Source: Squalus acanthias (taxonomy: Eukaryota). From it: DNA of 64,000 bases. The translations under genes were made by a program, and so were the position numbers. Location: the NCBI GenBank assembly GCA_030390025.1, contig CM059432.1, positions 150,724,001 to 150,788,000 of the forward strand, in the 5' to 3' direction. The notes beneath the pieces were generated by a model. That model worked only from the letters and a program-made list of their open reading frames with translations, did not search any database and was not told where the DNA came from. Positions 1 through 11,640 of this stretch are shown here, piece by piece (the stretch's first letter is position 1; every line of letters starts with the position of its first letter).

Positions 1-1810
1 ATTCCGCACCCTCTATACCCTTCGCACTAATTATATCCCAGTTACTATTGGGGTAGTTGAAATCCCCTACTATTACTGCCCTGTAGTTTTTGTTCTTCTA
101 TCTCCCTCTCACTGTTTGGGGATCTGTAGTACACTCCCAGCAGTGTGATCGCCCCTTTTTGTTTTTCAATTCGACCCATATGGCCTCGTTTGATGATCCC
201 TCCAACATATCATCCCCTCCTCACAGCTGTAATAGTTTCTCTAATCAATACCGCAACCCCCCCTCCCTTTTTACCTCCCTCTCTATCCCGTCTGAAAATC
301 CTGTAACCAGGAATGTTGAGCTGCCATACCTGCCCCTCTTTCAGCCACGTCTCTAATAGCTATAATATCATAGTCCCAAGTATCTACCTGTGCCCTCAGC
401 TCATCTGCCTTGTTCGCTATACTCCTTGCATTGAAGTATATACCAGTTAGTACAGGCAAACCTCCTTGTTGACTACTATCTAGCCCTTGATTCCTCTGTC
501 CTTCCAGTTTACTTTCTACGTTTTTGTTTTCCAATTCCAGTTTTTCTTCCCTCCCTATTGACTCTATACTTAGGATCCCATCCCCCTGCCAAGCTAGTTT
601 AAACCCTCCCCAACAGCACTAGCAAACCCTCCCGCGAGGATATTGGTCCCGTTCCCGTTGAGGTGCAACCTGTCTGTCTTGTAGAGGTCCCACCTCCCCC
701 AGAAACAGTTCCAATTTCTCAGGAATCTAAAGCCCTCCCTCCTACACCATCTCTCCAGCCACACATTCATCTGCTCTAACTCCCTATTTGTGTACTCACT
801 AGCACGTGGCACTGGTAGTAATCTGGAGATTACTACCTTTGAGGTCCTGCTTTTTAACCTCTTCCCTAGCTCCCTAAATTCTGCCTGCAGGACCTCGTCC
901 CTCTTCCTACCTATGTCGTTGGTACCGATATGGACCACGACCTCTGGCTGTTCACCCTCCCCCCTCAGAATGTCCTGCAGCCATTCAGTGACATCCTTGA
1001 CCCTGGAACCAGGGAGGCAACATACCATCCTGGACTCACGTCTGCGGCCGCAGAAACGCCTGTCTGCTCCCCTAACTATTGAATCCCCTATCACTCTTGC
1101 TCTCCCTCTCCTCTCCCCCCCCACCTGTGCAGCTGAGCCTTCCATGGTGCTGTGGACTTGGCTCTGGCTGCACTCCCCAGAGGAACCATCGCCCTCACCA
1201 GTACTCAGCACCGAATACTGGTTGGTGAGCAAGATGGGCTCAGGGGACTCCTGTACTACCTACCTGGCCCTCCTCTTCTGTCTGACGATCACCCATTCCC
1301 TCGCTGCCTGCACACTCTTAAGCTGCGGGGTGACAACCCCCCGAAACGTGCTATCCACGTAGCTCTCAGCCTCGCGGATGCACAGCAGTGACTGCAGCCG
1401 TCGCTCGAGCTCCGTAACCCGGTGCTCGAGCTGCTATAGCTGGCGACACTTCCCGCACATGTGGTCGTCCAGACCACGAGAGGTGTCCAGGATTTCCCAC
1501 ATGGCACAGGATGTGCATTCCACGGGTATGAGCTGCCCTGCCATACCTCTAATTAACAGACTATTTACTAACCTAGCTGGAATAAACTTAAAAACTTTAA
1601 GAAAGCCAAGTAAAAACACTTACCAGATACTCACCAATCAGCTCCCTCGTTTTGAACATTTAGTTTTTAATCCCGGCTCTTAATTTAAACCAATGCCCAA
1701 GATAAAGAGAGAAATACTGACCAACCAATCACTTCCCTGCTTTCCTGTGACGTCACTCCTTGTTTTTTGGACTCCTGGATTTTTCCCTCTCTGCTCCGGT
1801 TCCCGGCTCG
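1..1810 (-). mobile_element. CR1-clade LINE, 5' portion (5' UTR, ORF1, start of ORF2); runs off the window edge
   Basis: ORF1 has a Cys motif/coiled coil followed by an SGNH esterase domain. Next comes an APE endonuclease start (FNARSIANKADEL...DIIAI, 283-534). Confidence 0.93.
594..1544 (-). pseudogene. CR1 ORF1p (zinc finger/leucine zipper + SGNH esterase) with two premature TAG stops
   Basis: MAGQLIPVECTSCAMW...CGKC is in frame with VIGDSIVRG, VHIGTND and DRLHLN. TAG stops at 1434-1436 and near 1260 are both plausibly CAG>TAG. Confidence 0.88.
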
Positions 1811-2159
1811 GTCCGCTCCTCCTCGGCTGCTCGCATACACAAGTGTCACAAAACTATGCCATCCAGCAGTGTCTGCAACATGGTCACAATTTATAGCCAA
1901 TGTAAGCATGCCTCTGCCCTAGTGTACCACAAAATGGTAAAATACCTTTGCAGGGCCATGAACAGCTCCACACTTCACTCTGCAGAAGTTGCAGACCCAC
2001 CACTGGCTTTTCAGCATATATAGTCTGCTAAACTTTACAGTTCCCTAGATGCTTCAGAACAGGAGTTACCAAGGTTTTTGCCTTTGTGGGACATTTGGCT
2101 ACATACTATGAATCCTCAGGGGTCACATACAAAGTTTAAATCCATGTTCTTAATAACTT

Positions 2160-2776
2160 GTTCTCCGTCTCCGCCGCATCTGCTCTGATGATGCCACCTT
2201 CCATACTAGTGCTTCCGACATGTCCTCCTTTTTCCTCAACCGAGGATTCCCCTCTACTGTGGTTGACACGGCCCTTGACCGTGTCCGTTCTATTTCCCGC
2301 ACTTCTGTTCTCACCTCTTACCCTCTCCCGGAACCACAATAGGGTTCCCCTTGTCCTCACCTTTCACCCCACCAGCCTCCACATTCAACGGATCATCCTC
2401 CGCCATTTCTGCCACCTCCAGCGTGATCCCACCACCAAACACATCTTCCCCTTACCTCCCCTTTCAGCATTCCGAAGGGACCGCTCCCTCCGCAACACCC
2501 TGGTCCACTCCTCTATCACCCCCAGCACCCCTTCCCCCAACACCTTCACGTGCAAGCGCAGGAGATGCAACACCTGCCCTTTTACCTCCTCCCTACCCAC
2601 TGTCCAGGGCCCTAAACACACCTTCCAGGTGAAACAGCGATTTACTTGTACTTCTTGCAATTTAGTATACTGTATTCGCTGCTCACGATGCGGTCTCCTC
2701 TACATTGGGGAGACCAAACGCAGATTGGGTGACCACTTTGCAGAACACCTCAGTTCAGTCCATAAGGGTGACCCCT
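2160..2776 (+). mobile_element. Penelope-like element fragment (linker + GIY-YIG endonuclease)
   Basis: RVPLVLTFHP...AFRRDRSLR...CKRRRCNTC...NLVYCIRCSRCGLLYIGETKRRLGDHFAEH. Confidence 0.9.
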
Positions 2777-4135
2777 GGTTTAGAAAAAGCAAAGTAAGCA
2801 AGACTACATCATTTTACAAGCAAACCCTTAGAAATTAAAAATTTAGGTTTGTTTTTTCCCTTAATTTTCTTTGTTATTAACCACCCGTTATTTCAGTATC
2901 ATTGGGGGCATATGACTTGGAGCTATTGGGGCAGTTAGTGTGAAGGGGCTGTGTGAATATCAACAAGTACAGCCACTAACCCAAGAGGCTGCATTAAACC
3001 TAGTGATGAAAGTTGAGAGATGGCAAAATGGTCTCACGTGTGAGGTTTTCCACTGATTTTAATTATATATCCCCAAAGAACAAAAAATAAAACTTATAAT
3101 TCTTACTGTAAACATTTTGTCTGTGGTATCTGCTTCCTGGAATTAATGAATGTGGAAGTGGCCTTAATACATACCAGAGATATTATCTTTTCCTCTGACA
3201 AGCTTGGTTTTAAATTTTAGCCACTTCAGCCCTCCTCCACACATTTCCTTATGTTCCTGCCTCCTGTAGCCACTCTGCACTGGGAGCCCCTCCCCTTCAC
3301 TAACTACACGTACCCGATGCCACAGTAACGTTATGCACTCCTTCAGCCAGAGACTATCTGAGAAAGAGGACACCACTTGATGAGATCCGCCATACAGAGA
3401 ATGGGAAGGAATAACGGGATCACCTTCTTTCAATTGCAGGTTAGAAGATTTTGCCAGACAGTTTTTGTAATACAAAAAGTGAGAACATTCACTTGAGCAC
3501 TAAGTCCAAGACATGAAGTACAAGCTTGCATTGCAAAAATAAAAGGTACCATCAGAAGCAATAATACCACAAATTTCCTTTGCTGCACCTTACCATAACA
3601 CTCATTTTTGTTTGAAGTATTACTGGGACCAAAACTAGTACAAAATACAATTTACTTGTGTTTGCATCCATAACAATGCAGAGAAACTTGGCTCTTTCTA
3701 GGGCTGCTAATATGTGACCAGTCAGCTCACTGTTCTGGCAAACAGTATTTAACAACTCCGGTACTTAATGTAAAAGGTACAGATATAAAATACATACTAC
3801 AATATTTCACCAATTTTTGAAACTCTACCTATAAACTGGTAACACTCCAACAGTGTTGCTCAACAGGTAGTCCAAGACCTGGACGTTTGGGCATTTACTG
3901 TGACCAGGCTGCAATCTAAACCCAACAGTAGTTCACCCACTACTAATATAGCTAAAGTTATATTATTGATTGGAACAAGGTACAATCATTACATATCCTA
4001 CAAATGCTAGGAGATACAGGGCCCCATAGATATATGTAATACTATTTACACAACTTTTACAAAGCTTATAAAAAGATGTAAATAGATTAGTTTTTACCAC
4101 CCTAAAACCTCTTATTCCAGTTATTTTGATTCTGT

Positions 4136-4224
4136 ATGCCTGACGAAGGAGCAGCCGCTCCGAAAGCTTGTGATTTCAAATAAAGCTGTTGGACTATAAC
4201 CTGGTGTTGTGCGACTTCTCACAT
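4136..4224 (+). ncRNA. Penelope pLTR fragment with minimal hammerhead ribozyme core
   Basis: CTGACGA-A-GGAGC-agcc-GCTCC-GAAA-GCTT at 4140-4169. The downstream sequence closely matches 41284-41331. Stem I is weak in this copy. Confidence 0.75.
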
Positions 4225-5623
4225 CTATTCCATCAGCATGGGTGCACTTTATACTGTCTCAGCTTGATCCTCAGATTCTGACCACGGTCAGCCCCAACAC
4301 CAGCATCACCAGGCACACCAGCAGCACCAACAACCACACCAACCTTCTCCGCAACCACCTGATGCTGCACAGGACAGAGGGCATCAGCACTCGACCACAT
4401 TGCTGCTCAGGACACCACGGATGGACTCATCATGGCCACATTTACTTCACTTGACGCTGCACACCCTGGCTGCCACATGATGTGCCAGGTTGGCACCACC
4501 TCACACCAACACCATAAAGCATCCCTACAATGCCCAAGCCATTCCTTTCACACTCATCAGCATTGCGGGGGGGGGGTGTACTATTATGTCTCACCAGTCA
4601 CTGCAACTCATTATGCCACTTCCAAAGGTGCACACAAATCTGTCCAAGAACGCAAAGTACTGAAAACAAAGATTTCAATGTTTGACAGCATATTAACAGA
4701 AACTTCACATGAACATTGGTTAAAACACACAAGTGCCTACCCTTGTGTGTTGTTAGTTGGTATGATTGGACTAGGTACAGCGTTTCCCAACCTGTGGTCC
4801 GCGGACCACTGGTGGTCCGCGAGGGTACTGCAGGTGGTCCGTGAAAAAAAAAATATAAGTTTGACTCCCGTCAGCCATAGGCTGTTAAAAAAAATTTAAA
4901 CGGCTGGTGGTCCGCAGAAGCAATTTTTAAATGGCTGGTGGTCCGCATGAAGGAAAAGGTTGGGAACCGCTGGACTAGGATGAGGGGGAGGCTACTGAGA
5001 TGGGGAAGTGATAATGTAGATAGAGAGGGATGGGTGGAGGTGCAAGGTAAGTTGGTGTGAGTAAGGATGTGCAGGAGTAGGGTAGGGAAGGTAGAGCGAT
5101 GGGGATGTGATGAGTGGCACAGCAGGATGAGGTTGAGTGTGGCTTTGCAGTAACATTTCGTGATCTACTGAGATCATTGAAAAGGTTTGCACCACTGCAG
5201 CCTGGTCCTCCTGACAACATCCCTGCTTGTATCCTCCTTTGCCATGTGCAACCAGGCTGTGTTGGTCTCCTGGGGAGGTCTCTTCCGCCCATTGGAAGGG
5301 AGGAGAACCTCCCTGTGTGCTGTGACTCCCTCCATAAGCATATGGAGGGAGTCATGGGAGAGCCTGGGTGCAGCCGTGCACCTCTGTGCAGTGGTGGTCA
5401 GTGTTTGCAGCACCTCAATGCTGTAGAACACTGACAGCACAAATGTCAAAGTAAATTTGCACATGGTCCCTGTAAGGAAACCGGCTGATGACACATCGTC
5501 ATCAGACCCGCTTCCTTCAATTGGCTGGGCTTAACAAGCCCAATCAGGGCAAAGTCATGTCGGAGGCCAGGATGGAGCCAGCAGCAGGACCGTGACCCGC
5601 CAAGGTAGGGAAAATCGCAGCCC
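4225..5623. mobile_element. Decayed PIF/Harbinger transposon (probable transposase 5' remnant on +, Myb/SANT remnant on -)
   Basis: Minus ORF 5174-5494 (APRLSHDSLHMLMEGV...EVLLPSNGRKRP...AWLHMAKE) resembles the Myb/SANT exons at 18.4 kb and 33.2 kb. Right terminus is AAAATCGCAGCCC; left terminus not found. Confidence 0.75.
4778..4972. mobile_element. hAT-type MITE nested in the Harbinger remnant
   Basis: TIRs CAGCGTTTCCCAACCT / AGGTTGGGAACCGCTG; repeated internal (G)GTGGTCCG motifs; TSD GACTAGG(T)A / GACTAGGA. Confidence 0.88.
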
Positions 5624-5864
5624 ATATTTTTGCTGTGTCTCCCACAATGCATTTCCAGCATAAAATGCAGATAGGATGCAAGTATGTTTATTTATTTGTT
5701 TATTCTTCCCTCAAACTTTTTTTTTTAGATATTTACATGATTATAAAAGATATTTTCTCTCCCCCCTTAACTCCCACAGTGGATTTGTAGTTCTTGCTGA
5801 AGCTGTAGTAGTTTAGCACTGCGCACTAAGGCCTTTCCCACTGTCAATCTCCAATGTACAGGTA

Positions 5865-6265
5865 CAAAAGCAAAATACTGCGGAAGCTGGAAATCTGAAA
5901 TAAAATCAGAAAATGCTGGAAATACTCAGCAGGTCAGGCAGCATCTGTGGACAGAGAAACAGAGTTTCCAGTTTCATCAGAACTGGAAAAAATTAGAGAT
6001 GTAACAGGTTTTAAGCAAGTAGAGGGGCAGGGAAAGAGGGGAGGGGAGGAAAGAACAAAAGGGAAGGTCTGTGATCGGGTGGAAGGCAGGAAAGATTAAA
6101 TGACAAAAGGGATGATGGTGCAAGGCGAAAGGAGATGGTAATGGGACAAGTAAAGAAACAAAAGATGGGTCTAGAGGAGATATAAATGGGAATGGCAGAA
6201 TCATCAGCAACAGCTGCCATCAAAAAAAAGGGGCAGAGGTTATGACCTGAAATTGTTGAACTAAT
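5865..6265 (-). mobile_element. Penelope pLTR/3' UTR fragment, hammerhead partly deleted
   Basis: Highly similar to 62180-62580; only TTCATCAG (CTGATGAA on minus) of the ribozyme core remains. Confidence 0.8.
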
Positions 6266-7954
6266 TGCAGAACATATTACAGTACATGCTAAATCTGCTT
6301 CTGATTTGGAAAAATATATTTTTTTAAATTGCAAATTCTAATTAATTTTATTATTTGAAACAGCCAAAGTTAAATAACTAATAGAAATGAGAAGTTATGA
6401 TCAGAAAGTCCATGGGCTTGATTCCCCCATCTCCGCTGTGAACCATGATGATTGAACGCAGCATCCCTCGGTTGAGAGAGGAGGGAAAGAAGGGCCAGGG
6501 TTACTCCTGGAAAGTGTGCAGGCATTAGGAAAGGGTTCACATGAAAGGAATGGCCTCATGGGTAAGGTACCAGGCTGCTACTGGAATCTATGTAACTATC
6601 CCAATAAGGAGTTAATGGCTTCAGGATGGGATGCATAAGGGAAGAAAAGTGGAGAGAGAAAAAAAAACTTAGAATTAAAATCAGTGCAACTGAACGAGCA
6701 GAACACATTGATTGCACATTCACTGGTACATTCAGGTAAGGGGGCCCGGTTAGTGTGCAAGATATGTCATTATACAACTGCAACAGACATATTAACACCT
6801 TCATATTTCTCAAATCAGAACCCAACTTCAAAACCTAAAACTTTCACATCCTCCGGTAAAATTTGACATAGATTAGTAATGCTGTTCTTAAAGTTTAGCA
6901 CACATGAATGGGCAGATGGATAGTAGATTTCCCATGATCAAAATAGAGATGATGAGAATGTACTACGCCCACATCCCAAGAATGAATTTTTAAAAATCTA
7001 TCCATATAATTAAGAGTTGTGTGTCTGTAAGGCCTGGGGAAGTGGATGACATACCCACGGAATGCAAAACATACCGAGAGGAAAATTTGACCTAGCAAAA
7101 CATTCAACCAATTAAAAACTAATTATCTAAAAAGGGACTCTTAAAAAAAAAAACTGCGTTATTAAAACTTTTCATTCACTAAAAGCAACTAAAAACTAGC
7201 AACCGTCACGAAAAAGCAACCAATCAAATCCCAGAAATTAGCTCCTACGCACCCAATTATATAGTTCTAAAAAAAGTCATCTATAGCAAACAGAAAAAAT
7301 ATATAAAATGTTGAAAAAAAGTTACCAATAATCTCGCCAATGTTCTCTTCGACTACTTAGAACGACTTTCAGCCACACAGCCCTTCCCTCTCTGTAATTA
7401 ACTTATTTGTAAATAATTGTGAGTTTTAGTCTGAATGCAATAATCTGGCAGTGGCCAATCTTGGAATAGGGAAGAGAAGATGGGGAACATTCTACAAGGT
7501 CTCCAGTGGATTAAACAGGTTAAAAAGGCTAAAGGAATAACACCTGTAAGCACTAACATTGACTAAATTGAACCATTCAACAGGAATTGATTCCTGATTT
7601 AGCAGAGTGCAGTCATTTAGGTTTGGAGTATATAAGCTGGATAGCAGTCATACTGAGATCCAATATAGAATCTTGATGACAAAAATTTGGATTGGCTCAG
7701 TGGCCTTTTCTCTATGCTAGTAAAAATAAGTGTATTTTGTTGCCCAAGCAAAAGAATGGCGGTGTTAGCGAGTGGAAAACTTTCCATTTGATCATCCATT
7801 GTCAACAAAGCATCGCTAAGTACAAGATTTTTTGTGGTATTTTCTCCACAAGTATATATCTTCTCAGAGTGAAAGTGCCAATTTACTGTCAATTATTGTA
7901 AAGCTAAGGACAGTTTTGGGCTGAGCAATGGGAACAGAATTTTTTCAGGAAAGG

Positions 7955-8075
7955 AAAGCACTTGCATTGATATTGCACTTTTCACCACCTCATGACATCC
8001 CAAAGCACTTTACAGCCAATTAAGTACTTTGAAGTGTAGTCACTTTTGTAATGTAGGAAAATGCAGCAGTCAAGT
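7955..8075 (-). mobile_element. 3' end of a Deu-type SINE (L2-like tail)
   Basis: Matches 9520-9625 and the reverse complement of 60095-60195. Confidence 0.7.
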
Positions 8076-8289
8076 TATGCATGGCAATTGTCCCAGCATC
8101 CATGGCTTTTTGGGGGAAGAGAGTTCCAGATTTCCACTACACTTTGTGTGAAAAAGTGCTTCCTGATGTCACTCCTATATGGCCTAGCTCTAATGTTGAG
8201 ATTATACTCTCCTGGTTCTGGATTCCTCCCTCCCCAGAGGAAATAGTTTCTCTGTATCTACCCTATGAAGTGAACCAATTCTTCTGTTT

Positions 8290-8635
8290 TGTTTTTACTT
8301 TGCTCTTGGGACGTGGATGACTGCCAAAGCTGCATTTATTGCCCTCCCTAGTGGCCTAGATCGGCCAATACTACTTCTTTGAGTGATTGGTTGTACAACA
8401 GAGTGGCTTGCTTGGCCACTTCAAAGAGCATAATGTCCACGAGAGACAGAAGTGGGCCAGACCAGGGGTAGTGGTTCCCTGAAGGACATTAGTGAACCAG
8501 TTGGGTTTTAACTACAACTTGCCAACCCACAAATAACTAGATTTATTGAATTTAATTTCACAATTTGCCATGGTGGGATTTGAACTCTCAACCTCTATGT
8601 TGCGAGTCCATTGCAATAACCACGACACTACTCTA
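8290..8635 (-). mobile_element. tRNA-derived SINE (second family)
   Basis: Shares GGACATTAGTGAACCAGTTGGGTTTT and GCCATGGTGGGATTTGAAC (B-box-like on minus) blocks with 29395-29735 and 51395-51700. Confidence 0.65.
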
Positions 8636-9519
8636 TCCACCTATTACTGAAGTATATAGTTCAGTTATTCATTCCACACATACTATAATTGTGGATCACT
8701 ACTATGGTAAGATTTCCAAGTTTTCCTTAAGAAAACTGTCTGATACAAATATTTGAAATAGTTTGAAACATTAGCTGGAAAATTCATGGTCACATAAAAT
8801 ACAAATAATGCTACTATTACCAAAAGATTATTTTCATTTTATTGCCTATTACCTATTGAAACATTTCAAAGATTGGATAATTAACATCACAAAGTGGCTG
8901 GCCACGGGAGGATGCGCAAATATTTCCATTTAGATAAAATAGATAGAACTGCACTTTAAAAGAACAATTAGGCTAATGCTCATTAAATCAGTGGTACATT
9001 CTAGCATATGCTGTGTGGATTTCACTGCTTCAACTGTCCTTATAAATTCATAGCAGAGAAATATTAGTCGACAGAACTGCTTTATCTTATACAGTATTTT
9101 TCTGGATAAAGTAAATGCTTCCAGTGTTACTTTTTGGATTAGCACCATTACTGCCACTCTAAGTTATATTTTAAATATTCTTTATATAGGCTAAATCTTC
9201 CACTGAAATACATGACGTGTCAACATGCAGACAAGTGACCTGGACCACTAGGAAGAGTTAATGTGGCGAGAGGGACAATACCGTGCACTAGCCTCACCTG
9301 ACGGCCCAATGAGTAAATTGTGGCTGCGCAGTGTGGAACGGAGCATGGGACACCAGGAGGATCCTAGGGTCAAGCCCAAGTCTGAGCTGAATTTGCTGAT
9401 CTCAGCCGGAGTGGCAGCAGGAGCACAAGTGCGCAGGTGTGGGCATCGGGTGAGGAGAGGATCGGGCTCTGCTGCGATGCCGCCACAGTCTAATGACCGG
9501 TTGATATTCTCCATTTAGA

Positions 9520-9915
9520 AAAGTATTTATATAGCACCTTTCATGACCTCACAACATCCCAAAGTGCTTTACAGGTACTTTTGAAGTGTAGTCACTGTTG
9601 TAATGTAGGAAAACGCAGCAGCCAATTTGCACACAGCATGGTTCCAACAGCAAAGTGATAATGACATAATAATCTGTTTTTAGGTGTTGGTTGTGGTATA
9701 AATATGACCAGGACACTGGGAAGAACTCCCCTGCTCTTCTTCAAATAGTGCCATGGGAACTTTTACATCTACGAGATGGAAGATGGGGTCTTGGGATAAC
9801 GTCTCATCCAAAAAAATGGCACCTGACAGTGCAGCACTCCAAAGTACTACACTAAAGAGTGGGACTTGAACCCACACCTTTTGACTCAGAGTAGAGAGTA
9901 CTACCACTGAACCAA
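9520..9915 (-). mobile_element. Deu-domain SINE (SacSINE1-like), near full length
   Basis: On minus: tRNA-like head with GGTTCAAGTCCC B box, central CCCATGGCACTATTTGAAGAAGAGCAGGGGAGTTC block, and L2-like tail. Confidence 0.8.
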
Positions 9916-11284
9916 GACTGAAAAGTGGCCACTCAGGCAGAGGTACCAGCCTGCACACCAGTAGGAGACAGCTGCTTACGGGTAAGCAAATCTGTGAGAG
10001 GTTGAGGTGCAGCCATTGACACTGCTGAATGTGGAATTTGCTGTCATAAAGCAGAGTCCATAAATTATTTTAAAAGAGAATTTAACAGTTGCTTTAAAAA
10101 AAAAGGAATATTAAAAGGGTATGAGAAGAGTGGCAGTGTGCGATTACAGTAAGAAGCCCATGGAGGAAAACACTGCTTGGAATTCAAATTCTCTAGATTA
10201 TTAGTCCAGGCCTCTGGATTAGAAGTCCAATAACATGACCACTACACGACCATACAGACACGAGTTTCATTCCATTTTCTTGCCATACCAATTTCCACTA
10301 TCCAGCACAATGAGTACATTAAAGAATGTGTATGCACTAGAATTTTAAAACAAAAGCTTTATTGTTTACAGTAATTAGTAACTAGCCTACAAACTTTTCC
10401 ATGCCAAACACCAACTCCGGCCATCTTATATTTTCCTTAATCTACATAAAATGTAAATAAATTGTGAAATGTTCCATGGCATTTTTTATGCAATACCTGC
10501 TTTAAAATCTTAAGCAAAAGCAGAAAAAAACAACATTTGGAACAGGAATAGTTTTTTCCCCAAACCAAACTCAATTTAAATTATTCCAATAATACAGAAT
10601 CATGAGACAAAACTTGCAATAACACAATGAAGTGAGCGGGTTACTGTGAACAATTAACAAGGCTCAATCTGTAATATTCAAACATGGTGACGTAGCCACT
10701 TTGTAATTAGAAACACCAACCAATGATGCAAGAAATTGCTTGCCCAAGCTATTATTCTGTATCAGTAATACATAGCAAACAAAGTCCCATAAGAATAATG
10801 CACCAAGCTCAGGCTTTAAAACAGACATATAGCAATTACAGGTACTTAAAAGCTATTCTCAGTTGCCTTTTTGGCCCAACTTTACTGTTACAGTGCAAAT
10901 TGACATGTATAAGCAGCACCATTCATTAGCAATGACTACTACAATCACATACTGCAATAGGTCTAAAATCTCAGGTTTTAAATTGGATGCTGGAAAAGAA
11001 GTTCAGTTACCACTATAATGTTTTTCCACCACTAGACACACATTTAAAAAAAAAGTTCTCATGCAAAGAATTTTAAGAACCCTCAAGCATGCACTTCAGT
11101 TTCTATGGAAACCATTTATAATGTTTCGACATACTCACATATATAAAAGATAATAATAGTAACACCCCTACCTCCTCAAAAGGAAAAAAATACTGAAACA
11201 AAAAAATACTGAAGTGAACCCTGACATTGAAATGAGAATAAAGGAAAAATTCACAGAAAAATAGAAGATTTTGAACTGCAATGA

Positions 11285-11640
11285 CTTGCATTTATGCAGT
11301 GTTTTTAACACAGAAAAAAGCCTCAAGGCGGTTCACAGAGGCGTAATGAAAAACAGACGCCAAGCCAAAGATGGAAAGGTTTAGAGTGGTGATCAAAAGC
11401 TTGGTCAAAGAGGTAGGTTTTGAGGAAAGTCTTAAAGGAGGAAAGGGAGCTAGAGAGGAGAGAGGTTTAGGGAGTGGGCTTAAGTGGCTGAAGGCACGGC
11501 TGCTAATGGTGGGGTAAAAGGGGTTGGGGGGGATAAACAAGAAACTAGAGTCAGAGAAAGAGAGTGGGGGGGGCGCGCGGGGAGGGAGAAGAGTTATAGT
11601 TCTAGAGGAAGTTACAAAGATAGAAGAGTCAAGACCATGT
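11285..11640 (-). mobile_element. L2 LINE 3' end fragment
   Basis: Similar to the L2 3' ends at 44445-44780 and 56855-57210. Confidence 0.75.

Noticed and set aside
1940..2017. Minus-strand mini-exon MLKSQWWVCNFCRVKCGAVHGPAK
   Set aside because: The donor is weak (AAG|GTATTT) and there is no recognisable homology; it could be chance.
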